From: Methanoregula sp.
GTDB taxonomy: Archaea; Halobacteriota; Methanomicrobia; Methanomicrobiales; Methanospirillaceae
Direction of reading: 5' to 3'
DNA length: 64,000 nt
Assembly (NCBI GenBank): GCA_039698055.1
Contig: JBDKTL010000016.1
Coordinates: 1-64,000, forward strand
The position numbers were made by a program, and so were the translations under genes. Shown in pieces: positions 11,202 through 21,990 of the stretch; position 1 is the first letter of the stretch, and every line of letters begins with the position of its first letter. A model generated the notes under the pieces. The model was given only the letters and a program-made list of their open reading frames with translations, was not told the origin of the DNA and searched no databases.

Positions 11202-11621
11202 TTATTCTATATAAAAATCTTCGAATGCATCGAGCGATTCAATAACCTGCCCGGTTGATGGATTGCGAAGTACACAATTTCCTATATTCAGATCGCCGAT
11301 TACAATCTTTGGGAATGGTCGTGTTTTAAATCCTTCAATAATCACAAAATCCATTTTTTCAAAGGAGAGCAGGGAAAGGATATCATCCAGGGTGTTTTTG
11401 TGTAATGTAACAACCGATTTATCAGAATCAATACCGACCGAGACCGTTGCACCGTTATGAAAAAAAAGTGTAGTGTCTTTGTCCTCTTCCAACTGGTATT
11501 GGTGATCTCCCAGATGTTTTATCACCGCAACCTGACCTTTCTGTCTGAGAACCGGTATGAGATTATTGATAAATGTCGTCTTTCCGGAATTTGCTCCCCC
11601 CACAATCTGGATAATTTTCAT
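11202..11621 (-). CDS. mobB: Molybdopterin-guanine dinucleotide biosynthesis protein B
   Basis: GGANSGKTT, VAVIKH, DKDT, VIIEGFK. Confidence 0.88.
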   Translation of the reverse strand: MKIIQIVGGANSGKTTFINNLIPVLRQKGQVAVIKHLGDHQYQLEEDKDTTLFFHNGATVSVGIDSDKSVVTLHKNTLDDILSLLSFEKMDFVIIEGFKTRPFPKIVIGDLNIGNCVLRNPSTGQVIESLDAFEDFYIE

Positions 11622-12487
11622 GATTGGTATTCTCCGGAATCGGTGATTACTGGTTTCATTTCATGGTCATTTTTCGGGGTGGGATCCGGGAGGCGGGCCT
11701 GGGACGTTTCTTTTTCCACCGGATTTCCTGAATCATCGGGAGGGGCATCTGAATTTATACTCATTGCATCGTGACTCTCCTGGTCGGGAATGTCTCTTTC
11801 TATTGCACCCGGTGGTATTATCGTATCAGCATCGGTGGTTTTGGCGGGCTGGTCCGATAGGTGAGGTGTTGCGTCAGTCGCATCATTTGTTAATTGACGG
11901 CGGGATCGTTTTTTTCGTGGTTTTGTGATTTCAGGCACCGTTACCGGCAAATCGGGAACCGGGCGTACCCGGTCATCAGAATCATCGCCACGGGTTTTTA
12001 ATATGGTTTTAGCTGCTTCTCCAACGCCTCTCATGACTTTGGTTATCCTGTCCTCAATATCAATTTCCTCGTCAATATCAAGCGTTGTCCCCTCAACTTC
12101 CAGTAAAAACCTCGATACTTCACTGGCTTCAAAAAGGAGATCATCCAGTTCATCGGTGGTGAAAAACCCACACATCGCACCATAGAAAAAAGTGGCGCTT
12201 GCCTTGCGCACTTTCTTTTTAAACGAATGCCGTGCCTGGTTAACTGCCTGGGGTGAATAAGGTTCTTCCATAAAGGGAACCAGCTCGGGAAGGTGTTTGC
12301 CAATAAATGTCATTTCAGCGCCGCTTGATGTGCGGAAATCTGTGCACAGGCGGGCAAGTGCCCATTCCCGGGCGGTGATATAAGTACGCTTTCGCAGGAA
12401 ATTGTTCACCTTACGGTACGTGGCGCCATCGACTTTCTTGAATTTTTTATACTTATTGATTTCCTGTTGTATGATCGACTCGTCCAT
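11618..12487 (-). CDS. Conserved euryarchaeal hypothetical protein (DUF5806-like) with disordered C-terminus
   Basis: KYKKFKKVDGATY, ITAREWALARLCTDFRT, FFYGAMCGFF. Confidence 0.65.
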   Translation of the reverse strand: MDESIIQQEINKYKKFKKVDGATYRKVNNFLRKRTYITAREWALARLCTDFRTSSGAEMTFIGKHLPELVPFMEEPYSPQAVNQARHSFKKKVRKASATFFYGAMCGFFTTDELDDLLFEASEVSRFLLEVEGTTLDIDEEIDIEDRITKVMRGVGEAAKTILKTRGDDSDDRVRPVPDLPVTVPEITKPRKKRSRRQLTNDATDATPHLSDQPAKTTDADTIIPPGAIERDIPDQESHDAMSINSDAPPDDSGNPVEKETSQARLPDPTPKNDHEMKPVITDSGEYQS

Positions 12488-12938
12488 TTTCCTCTCCTGT
12501 CAATGTTACGGTCTGTCAGTTTGAATCCGGTACTTCAACGTCAGATCTTTTAACCTTTTTATATATAGCGTTATAGGGTTTATACCCGTCTGAAATTTGT
12601 ATGCGGTGTCACAATTTTTTTGGGAGAAGAAAGTTTTCAATTATTTCCCGGGCAATCACGTTTTTCTGATTTTCATGGAGATCTGGAAGTGAATTGGGGG
12701 CTTTTTCTTATTTGTGTGAATAAATCCCGGCTATGATAACTGATTTTAAAAGCGAAACGAATCGTAATTATCAGAAAACACGATAGTAACGCCATGTCTG
12801 ACCCTGATACTCTACGAGGAAAATTCAATCATGAGTATCTGTGAGAATGGAAATGGGTCGTATCTGTGGTCCCATGTGGAATGTAAACCGGTAAATAAAG
12901 AAAAGGCATCTTTGGGATTAACGGGTTATAATTCACTA

Positions 12939-13301
12939 TCAGTGTTCGTGGGACTCTTCACCCATGATGTCCCGGATATATAATCTCATTTTTGATTGAA
13001 TAGGAATATGGGGATATGTACTTGGGTCGGGATTATTCTCTTGAGAAACAAGTGTTGATTGTGTATCCATGATAGTTTCGGCAACGGGAGTGTTCACGTG
13101 GTACTTGTTGCTGTTCCTGCTAACAAATGCATCAAGTGCTGATTGCGGAACACGCCAGGCACGGTATGAAATTTTTGTTCCTTCAAGTTTTCCGGTGCGC
13201 AGCCATTGGTGTACGGTTTTCTGGTGAACTCCAAGGATAGAGGCGACGTCATTGGGCGTTAAAAAGCGTGTTTCGTCTGGCATGTGTCTGTTACCAATCA
13301 T
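12939..13301 (-). CDS. Excisionase/MerR-like helix-turn-helix DNA-binding protein
   Basis: FLTPNDVASILGVHQKTVHQWLRTGKLEGTKI...WRVP. Confidence 0.8.
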   Translation of the reverse strand: MIGNRHMPDETRFLTPNDVASILGVHQKTVHQWLRTGKLEGTKISYRAWRVPQSALDAFVSRNSNKYHVNTPVAETIMDTQSTLVSQENNPDPSTYPHIPIQSKMRLYIRDIMGEESHEH

Positions 13302-14365
13302 TCCCTTTGATTCTACATAAATAATTCATCTGCGTGAGAGCGATTCCTGTTTTAGCGAAGTGTCTTCCTGGACACTGTTTTTTTCTGTGGAGGACTTTTA
13401 CAAATGTCAGTAATCTGCGTTCCACTCGATAAAATGCATTTAATTAAAAAATCCGTGAATACTCGCTTCACCGCAGGCTTGTGCTGGCAAGGACAATACC
13501 TTCTCATCCTTCTTATATCCCGATTTCACCATTAGGCAGCCCTAGCATCCAGAAAATACGTTCACACCGATATGTATGGTCTTTTATGTTCCCCCATAAC
13601 TGTGAAGATAAATGCACAACCTCTCGTGAAATATATCTTTTTTTGAGGTTGCATCATTGTGAGTCCAGTCAAAATGGCCAATTTTGTGTATAGCATCATA
13701 TGGTTTACACATTTCCTTAAGAAAAAATTCATTTTCTTAAAATAACCATAAATTTTCCCTATTTTTGAATAATAAGTTCATATTGTGGATAATTGACAAC
13801 CCTCCAAAACCGGGAACCGACACATCTTCCGGTTGCCCTGCAATGAAGATTATTGCATTCCCCGACCCCTCCACCTTCGGTTTTGATTGAAATATTGTAT
13901 AATAACTCATTGACTATTGACCGGAACAATGGCAATGCCGATATCCGGTTTACGATAACTCATGAGGACTGCCTTGAAGAAATTGTAACGGTTCAAATGA
14001 ATGATTCAGAGGTGATTTCGTGATATCGATTGCAAACTAAAAAGTTTTTCTTGAATTATCATGTATTCTCGCCCGATCAAGGCAAATAATAAAAAAAACC
14101 TGACCGCTGGGAAAATATGCCGGTTAACCAGATCCTGTTTGTTACGTACCTGAATGGTGAGTTATCACATCATTTCCATTGAGAGACTTGTAATAATCGT
14201 TGAGGTATACCGACGTTATGGTGTTCTTTTGGTTATTTGTGTAAAAAAATGAGAAAATTCACAGGAAATGGATCTTATTTTGTAAAGTTTAACGGGGTCT
14301 TCTTACCCTTAAAATTAATCTGGCAAATACAAATTGATGTGAATTTATCGTAAAAAAAATCAATA

Positions 14366-15498
14366 GAGAATAGCTACAAACCCAGCTTAGGTTTTTATTT
14401 TAGTACTTCGAATGAAAAACTATGAGCGATTTCGGGGACTATTTTCTGAGTCAGGAATACACAAAGATTGCCGGATTGGGGCAACAAGTTAGGAGAGATC
14501 CGGGACATCATAGACTGGGAGAAAATCCGGCCGATAATCGCCGAAATGTACCGGGATAACAAAGAGACCGGTGGGAGACCACATAACGATGAGATCCTGA
14601 TGATCAAGATGCACATCCTCGCCGGATGGCACGGTTTGTCGGATTACGAGGTTGAACTTCTGGCAATGGATCGGTTATCGTTCCGGCATTTTCTCGGATA
14701 TCCGGATAAGATTCCTGATCGGTCGACCGTCTGGGCATTCAAGGAAAAACTGACCTCGAAGGGAAAAGTTCACCTGATCTGGGATGAACTCCAGCGCCAA
14801 CTAGACGAGAAAGGATACGCGATAAAGCGCGGTACTATCCAGGATGCAACGTTCATCACATCCGATCCGGGCCATGCTCCGACAGACAAGCCCCGGGGAG
14901 ATGAAGCGAAGACCCGGCGAAGCCGGGATGGAACCTGAGGAAAGAAAGGGACGAAATCGGAATTCGGATTCAAACTTCACACGATCGTCGACAAGGAAAA
15001 CCAGTTCATCCGTCGGTTCGATACGTCAACCGCATCGGTTCATGACAGCCAGATCGATCTCTCGCAAAAGGGTGAAACGGTGTACCGAGACAAAGGATAT
15101 TTCGGATCTGTCCCCTTCGCATCAATGGATAAAACCATGAAGCGATCGGTGCGGGGTCATCCGATCTCAACGAAAGATAAACGAAGAAACCGGGCTATCA
15201 GTCGTGTCCGATCTTTGGTTGAACGCCCGTTCGCCGTCATCAAACGAGTGTTCCGTTCAGGTAACGTACGAGTCCCCACTCATCTTCGGGCACATGTGAA
15301 AAATCTCTTCACCTGTTTTTCGTATAACCTGTTCAATCTCGTCACCGTTCAGAAAGTCCATCCAGGTCAGTAACTGGTTTAGAACGGTTCTCAATGAGGG
15401 GGATTGGAAGGTACAGATCACGCTCTTGGATCTAAATTGAATCGTTGTTTAAGTTTATCTGGCTTCAAGAAAAAAAACGGGGGTATGTAGCTATTCTC
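14366..15498 (+). mobile_element. IS5-family insertion sequence, about 1133 bp
   Basis: Terminal inverted repeats GAGAATAGCTACAAACCC (14366-14383) and GGGTATGTAGCTATTCTC (15481-15498), 17/18 match; flanked by an AATA direct repeat. Confidence 0.9.
14422..15373 (+). pseudogene. IS5-family transposase pseudogene
   Basis: MSDFGDYFL...; +1 frameshift in a G-run near 14478; in-frame TGA at 14936 replaces Trp of GTWGKKG; DDE motifs IQDATF, VYRDKGY, RSLVERPF. Confidence 0.88.
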
Positions 15499-16819
15499 AA
15501 TAAATTTTTTTCCGTTATTACACATCGTGCCAGGTTTCATTGTTCCGGGTGGATATCTCCCCCTCAGTTTCCACAAAATGAAATAGACCTTCATATCAGG
15601 GAGGATACCCCTGCGGTAATGCTCATCCGGGATTTTCTCCGTCGAAGGAAAAACAGTATTTTTTGAGATCATTTGTGAAGGATACCGGTGAATAACCTGG
15701 ATTTTTTCCCTGGAGGGAGCCGGTATTTACAGATCAACCGTGATTTTCTGGACCTATTTATCCCCTTTTGCTAATATCGGCTCGATGTTATTTTGTGGAT
15801 GAAAATTTCTCCAGATTGGATGAACAGACGATTCGTTTGCTGTTTTTTTGGTTTCTGACCAAAATGCGAGCAGGGAAATCGGGATACTCGGTAATTGATT
15901 CATGAGTTCCAGGACACCGGTTTTGGAATAATCGGCAATCCGATTTGGTTACACGACTCTTTAAAAAAATATGAGAAATATCGGGTTTTAGATTTCCGGA
16001 TACCTTATACCGGGTGATTATCTATCAATATGGAATAACAATGATCGGTGTTTTCAGGCCACCTGTGTCGTGTTCTGCCGGCTTTTTCTTGAATTATTTG
16101 GCGTAAGATAAGCTGGAAATGGATGAATCCATGCTAGGTAAGGAGATCTTTTACGCCCGCCCGTTAAACAATTTTTATTTGACTCAAATCGGTTAATCAG
16201 ACATATTCGATAACTGAAAATGCACTTCAGAAAAATTTCATTTTATCGTTTTTTTGGGTATTTTTTTGCGGTTATCCTTTGAAAATATCTGTTCTATCGC
16301 CTCAAAACAGGATACTCTCATCAGTTTGAGGCTGGTTATCACCGTTTTGATAGCACCAGGCCCCATCAAACTATGAGATTAACGGTTGTATGATACATTC
16401 CTCTTGGGAAAATATCCCTTCCCGACTCCAAAATTCACATACCTGCTTTGGTCGGCAGTTGCGAGTATTTTAAAAAACCAGATATCCTAAAAATAAAATT
16501 GGTTGTCATCTAAATGGAAAGCCGTTGGTTATGTACCCGGGTATCCTGCTTTAGTGAAGGGGGGCTCAGGGTGTGTGTTCCATCAACTCACCGGCGATAA
16601 ACCTTCACCATGCCTCTTTTTTCCCTGTTTATTCAGGAGGTTAGGTAAAAATATGTCCGAATTGGAAAAAACCCCTGTTTTCACCAGGGTAAGAAGTGGA
16701 ATGAAATGTAATATGATACTGTGAATAATTTTGGTGGATCGTGTTTTTAGCAAGGATTTTTTTAAAACCGGTTCTACGTTTATGCTCCCTCACGGCTCGG
16801 AAATATCCTCAAATTGCCT

Positions 16820-16847
16820 TTGTCGCAGAATAGGTGTTCTGCGCAAA
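16820..16847. promoter_or_regulatory. Candidate dif-like Xer recombination/binding site
   Basis: TTGTCGCAGAA-TAGGTG-TTCTGCGCAAA: 11-6-11 inverted arms (9/11 match) about 35 bp upstream of xerA. Confidence 0.5.
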
Positions 16848-16880
16848 CCTTTATTTACGGGAGATAAGAAAGAATAGAGC

Positions 16881-17801
16881 ATGGAAAGCGGGTATTTTTC
16901 GGAATGGGTTAAAAGTTACCGAAACTACCTGCGGATGCGCAATTATTCTACCCGCACGCTCGAAAGTTATGAGCAGGTCATCAAACATTTTGGTTATTAT
17001 GTCTGGCTTCGCAGGAATACCGAAATAACCAAACTGGTGATTTTCTGGAAGGATTTTGAGAATGCCCGTTTAGATACCGGTGTTGACGTTACGCCGGTTA
17101 TGGTTACGGATTTCCTTGCGTTTGTCTCATCCATGAGAACCTACAAGCCAAAAACCTTCCACCGGATTATCTCGACACTCAGCTCTTTTTACCGGTTCCT
17201 GTACACGCAGGGGGCCGTCGTCACAAATCCCCTGATGGGCATAGAACGTCCCCGTATCAAACAACAGGAAGTCAAGTACCTGAAACACAGCCAGGTGCTC
17301 CGTCTTATTGATTCAATTGACGATCCGCGTGACAAACTCATTGTCCGGACCATCTATTCCACGGGTGTCCGCGTATCAGAACTGTGCAACATGAACATAG
17401 AAGATATCGATTTTGAAGAGCACACCATACGTATTCTTGGGAAAGGCGACAAGATCCGGATGGTCTTTGTCGACGAAGAAACGCTTGACGATATCAGGAA
17501 ATTTATCGGCAATACCATTGTCGGGCCCCTGTTTGTCGGCCAGCAGGGAAAACATATCTCACCCCGGGCCATCCAGCATATTTTCAAGCACTATGCACCA
17601 TTGGGGATCACGCCTCATAAGATCCGGCACAGTTATGCAAGCGAATTATACCGCCGTTCAAAGAACCTCCGCGTCGTGCAGGAAAACCTTGGGCATACGT
17701 CCATCAAGACGACGGAAATTTATCTTCATACCGACATTGATGAACGCCGCCAGGTATACCAGCAGTTCTTTCCCTTGGGAAATGACCAGGAGAGTTCCTG
17801 A
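16881..17801 (+). CDS. xerA: Site-specific tyrosine recombinase XerA
   Basis: RNYSTRT N-terminal SAM-like domain; TGVRVSEL, GKGDK, TPHKIRHSYA, LGH, TTEIY catalytic residues. Confidence 0.88.
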   Translation: MESGYFSEWVKSYRNYLRMRNYSTRTLESYEQVIKHFGYYVWLRRNTEITKLVIFWKDFENARLDTGVDVTPVMVTDFLAFVSSMRTYKPKTFHRIISTLSSFYRFLYTQGAVVTNPLMGIERPRIKQQEVKYLKHSQVLRLIDSIDDPRDKLIVRTIYSTGVRVSELCNMNIEDIDFEEHTIRILGKGDKIRMVFVDEETLDDIRKFIGNTIVGPLFVGQQGKHISPRAIQHIFKHYAPLGITPHKIRHSYASELYRRSKNLRVVQENLGHTSIKTTEIYLHTDIDERRQVYQQFFPLGNDQESS

Positions 17802-18666
17802 ACCGGTAATCAGCAGCCGGTCGTTGTATTTTGTTTCCTCGCATTGAACCGGGAATGAAACATTTTAATTTGCCGTGAATCCGGTTTTTATCGTTATTAT
17901 GGCATCGTTTTTTTTGAGCCTGCTTTTGTTTTTTAGCGATCGGACCTGTTCTCTCATTGTCTTTTTATCAGAATTTCTCTGGAAACCAAGAATTCATCAT
18001 TTGGAATGCCGTCAGAATATTTTTTAGATGTGCTGTTTCCTGCGTATCGGAAGCCTGCTGCTCACTGATGTATGTTACGGTATTTTTTATAATCTTAAGG
18101 ACCGTATAGATGCCTGCCTGTGCAGCAAAGTCATCAGGTGATTCATATTTTCCCGGTTCGGGTTTTTTTTATACCACGAAGTCCCCGTCATGGGTGAACG
18201 GGGATCAAACGATTGGGTTTCCCCATATTATTATGAAAAACCGGTATCATCCTGGCAAAAAATCCTTTGATTGATAATCCTTGTCATTCTCTCATGAATA
18301 ATCTCAAATATTGACTATTTTGCCAAAATATCTTAAAATTTCGGGTATTTTTATGATCTCCGGGTGCGTTGATTTCCCTATCATAAACCATATGATGCTA
18401 TACAACAAATGCACATTTTTTCCAGCAGAAATATTGTAATTTAATGATGGATCAACAATCTGCCACGTATATTACTGGCAAATCTTTCGCGTTCCGTGTT
18501 CATGAGCAATCTCATCAGACACAGTGGTTTATCCGATGATAAAAAATCACAACAACCCTGCGTTCTTAAAACAGGAATGCTCAAATTCCATATCCTCAAA
18601 TGGGATTGGCCAATGGTATTTTAATAAAGCAAAAGGACAGAACAGAGTAAGTACTGGTATACGCTC

Positions 18667-19629
18667 ATGAGACAGCAACTGCTATTTATCTCTCTTCTTG
18701 TTCTCTTGTCAGCCGTCTTGGGAGTGGTTGCGCACGTAATCAATGAGCCGGTTGTCGCCGATATTTTCTACACTTCCCTTGCACTGACCGTTACCTACCT
18801 TATTTTTCCGGTAATTATCGGGCTGCTCTTTGTCAGGAGAATAGACAACCTGAAAACCCGGTACACTGCCAATAAAGCCATTTCCGTTGTGTCCGTTATT
18901 TTCATTATTCTCATCTGCCTTCGGATTTGGGTGACTGATACTTCTGCGCTTATTGTATCGTACGGTATTATCGGCGCCGCTCTTGCATTTTCCCTGCAGG
19001 ATGTGTTCAAGAATTTTGTCGGGGGGTTCCTGATCATTATTTCCAGCATGTACCGAATCGGTGACCGTATCGCCATTAACGACAATTACGGGGATGTTAT
19101 GGATATTGGTGTTATGAGTACGACACTCATGGAGATCCGGGGCTGGGTTTCCGGGGACCAGCCTACAGGCCGCCTGCTTGTCATTCCCAACGGTCTTGTG
19201 ATCAGTCAGCCGTTATACAATTATACCCGCGACCACTCGTTTGTCTGGGATGAGATTTCCATTTCCCTGACGTATGATAGCGACTGGAGGCGGGCAAGAG
19301 ATCTCATCCTTGGCATAATAACAAAAGAAACTGCTGCGATGACGATACAGGCTGATGCAGAGATCGATCGGATTGGTGAAAAATACTATCTCCCAAAAAA
19401 AGTTGTCGAACCCTCGGCTTACATTACGCTCGAGGATAACTGGATCCGACTGGATTTGCGGTACGTTACCGATGCCCGCAACCGCCGGATACTCCACTCC
19501 CGGCTGAGTGAGCTGAGCCTTGCAGCGATTGAATCTGAAGACCGGATTACGGTTGCCTATTCTACCGTGACCGTCAAAACGCCTGCCGGGGTAACCAATC
19601 CGCAGACGGATAAAAACACACACGGATGA
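18667..19629 (+). CDS. MscS-family mechanosensitive channel
   Basis: N-terminal TM helices; ALAFSLQD..KNFVGG, YRIGDRI, GDVMDIG, IPNG. Confidence 0.9.
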   Translation: MRQQLLFISLLVLLSAVLGVVAHVINEPVVADIFYTSLALTVTYLIFPVIIGLLFVRRIDNLKTRYTANKAISVVSVIFIILICLRIWVTDTSALIVSYGIIGAALAFSLQDVFKNFVGGFLIIISSMYRIGDRIAINDNYGDVMDIGVMSTTLMEIRGWVSGDQPTGRLLVIPNGLVISQPLYNYTRDHSFVWDEISISLTYDSDWRRARDLILGIITKETAAMTIQADAEIDRIGEKYYLPKKVVEPSAYITLEDNWIRLDLRYVTDARNRRILHSRLSELSLAAIESEDRITVAYSTVTVKTPAGVTNPQTDKNTHG

Positions 19630-19730
19630 ACATCAATTTTTTCTGCGGGGAGCCCCCAGCCAGAATGTCCTGCAGGATTTTGCATACCCTTTAATAATCC
19701 AACAGGACTCTCTCTAGTAAGGGATGACGG

Positions 19731-20774
19731 ATGGATATGACCGGTACAGAGAAAAGTGGTTCCCAAAGACCCGTTATTGGATATGACCGGGAATTCCATG
19801 ATATTACTGCGGCCCTTGAACGATCAGGGTCCGGCGCACCGGAACATATCGCCCTTGTTGGCGAACCGATGAGTGGCCGGACGAGAATCGTCAATGAGAT
19901 CCGGGGCATTTACGGGGACAAGGTGCACTACCTTTGCCTGGATTTTGTCATACAACCGGGTACCTTGCCGGATTTCTCGACGCTCCCCGAAGAGATTATC
20001 CTGATCGATAACTGCCAGTTCCTTGCAACACGAAAAATCGGGGGTTTTGATGTCCTCGATACGTTCCTGCGCACGCAGATCAACTCAAAAAAACTCTTTA
20101 TCACCGTATGGAATGCGTTCAGCTGGCAGTACCTCTCATCGGTAATGAATCTTGATGCATATTTTCCCACCCTTGTTATGCTGACCCGGCTGGATACGCC
20201 GGTTATCAAGCAGGTGATTATGGCAAGGTATTCACCCGGCGAAATCAATTTTCTCGATGAAGGAGCCGCCGAGCGGTCGATGTTTTACTCGATAATTCAT
20301 AAAAAAATCCGTCTGCCGCTGATAGCAAGGGAAATTTCTGTGCCTTGGATTAAACTGAATTTTACCGTGATGCTCCGCCGATTGCCCCGAAAAAAGCGCG
20401 TCCAGATTTCGCTTGAAGACGTTATTTTTGAAAAGATCAACAGGATAGCCCGGGGAAATTCCGGTGTTGCGCTCCTGCTCTGGGAAATGAGCCTGAAAGA
20501 CAATGTAATAGCACTCAGTGCAATTTCTGAAAACCCGTATTCCATCGTACTTGATACAAATGAATCATTTATCCTCTCGGTCATCATATCCATGGAATCC
20601 CTGCATGCAAAGGACCTTTCCGCAATTGCAGGATCCGAGATGGATATCGAGCAGGTGATCTACCGGCTCGTCCAGCGGCGCCTTATCCAGGACCATGACG
20701 GGTATTACAGCATCGAACCGTTTGCGTTTGGGCCGGTAACTGAATATCTCAGGAAAACCCGTCGGTTGTGGTGA
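19731..20774 (+). CDS. P-loop NTPase-like protein with degenerate Walker A and C-terminal wHTH-like region
   Basis: IALVGEPMSGRT, IILIDNCQ; lies between two mscS genes. Confidence 0.6.
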   Translation: MDMTGTEKSGSQRPVIGYDREFHDITAALERSGSGAPEHIALVGEPMSGRTRIVNEIRGIYGDKVHYLCLDFVIQPGTLPDFSTLPEEIILIDNCQFLATRKIGGFDVLDTFLRTQINSKKLFITVWNAFSWQYLSSVMNLDAYFPTLVMLTRLDTPVIKQVIMARYSPGEINFLDEGAAERSMFYSIIHKKIRLPLIAREISVPWIKLNFTVMLRRLPRKKRVQISLEDVIFEKINRIARGNSGVALLLWEMSLKDNVIALSAISENPYSIVLDTNESFILSVIISMESLHAKDLSAIAGSEMDIEQVIYRLVQRRLIQDHDGYYSIEPFAFGPVTEYLRKTRRLW

Positions 20775-21658
20775 CTATGGCCGATATGCTCTCCAATATT
20801 ACTGCGGAATTGTCGACATCCACCAATTCCACCACCCTGCTTTCCAATGTTACCGCAGAACTCCCGCTCAAGACCATTGATCCACCTCTTGTTCTGAACA
20901 TCATTCTTGTCATCATCGTTGCGTATGTCCTTACGTACGTGCTGAGTTACATTCTCGTTCATTTCTCGGAGCGGATCAGCTGGTACCGGTCTTCTCTCAC
21001 AATGGTTATTCCCCTGCTAAAACTCCTTATCTACACGATTGCCTTCTATTACATCATAACCTCGGTGATCGAACTTTCCCTGACCCAGATGGTTGCATTA
21101 TCAGGGCTCTTTGGTGCTGCAATCGGTTTTGGGTTAAAAGATCTCTTTGCCGATATTGTCGGGGGTGTCGTGATCATCTTTGAAAAACCGTACCAAATCG
21201 GCGACAAGGTAACAATCGGCGACACATACGGGGAAGTAAAAAATATCGGTATCCGCTCGACACGCATCCAGAGCCCTTCTGACGAACTGGTATCGGTGCC
21301 GAACTTTACCCTCTTCAGCCAGCCGGTAACCAGCGGCAATGCCGGCGATTTGGCCATGATGGTCGTGATCGACCTCTTTATTCATCCGGATTCCGATGCG
21401 GAGCGTGCGATGAAAATCCTCAAAGAGGCACTTGTTACCTCGAAGTACGTGACCATCTCAAAAAAATATTCCTATACCGTGTTGCTTGATGACTTCCCGT
21501 TCTATAAGCGTCTCCGTGCGAAAGGGTATGTCAACGATCTCCGTCTTGAGTTTGAGTTTAAATCTGAAGTTACAAGGAGGGCGTGGGCGGAATTTAAGAA
21601 GGAGGGGATCCAACCGCCTTCGTTTGTTCCGGCTCTCCCCACTCCTGTTGAGAAATGA
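20768..21658 (+). CDS. MscS-family mechanosensitive channel
   Basis: AIGFGLKDLFADIVGG, PYQIGDKV, GEVKNIGIRST, VPN. Confidence 0.9.
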   Translation: MVTMADMLSNITAELSTSTNSTTLLSNVTAELPLKTIDPPLVLNIILVIIVAYVLTYVLSYILVHFSERISWYRSSLTMVIPLLKLLIYTIAFYYIITSVIELSLTQMVALSGLFGAAIGFGLKDLFADIVGGVVIIFEKPYQIGDKVTIGDTYGEVKNIGIRSTRIQSPSDELVSVPNFTLFSQPVTSGNAGDLAMMVVIDLFIHPDSDAERAMKILKEALVTSKYVTISKKYSYTVLLDDFPFYKRLRAKGYVNDLRLEFEFKSEVTRRAWAEFKKEGIQPPSFVPALPTPVEK

Positions 21659-21856
21659 TTAAGAGTATTTTTAGATAATGGAGGTCAGGAACGGGTGGTT
21701 CCGGTTTTTTTGTTGATGCTGATCCATTCATCAGAAAAATCCCCGCCAGCACATCAGCAACAAGTCCCAAATACTATCGGATGTAATAATGGGATGGATT
21801 GTTACACGGGTTGAATTTAGCAACTAAAAAAACGTGTCGTGGTCCGGATATCTTAA

Positions 21857-21929
21857 ACCCCCGTAGTGTAGCGGTCAATCATGCAGGACTTTGGATCCGG
21901 CGACACCAGTTCGAATCTGGTCGGGGGTA
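21857..21929 (+). tRNA. tRNA-Gln(TTG)
   Basis: Acceptor ACCCCCG/CGGGGGT, anticodon loop CTTTGGA, T-arm ACCAG-TTCGAAT-CTGGT; one A-G mismatch in the anticodon stem. Confidence 0.92.
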
Positions 21930-21990
21930 TACAGACCAAAAGTTGGAATCGCATCACAACTCTTTTAGGTAGACTGGTCAACCCTCTTTC

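Noticed and set aside
14936-14938. Recoded TGA (selenocysteine) in the transposase
   Set aside because: It sits at a Trp position in a gene that is also frameshifted; a simple nonsense mutation explains it
15500-18660. Integron with cassette array around xerA
   Set aside because: No attC-like repeated hairpins or cassette ORFs; the flanks are AT-rich non-coding DNA
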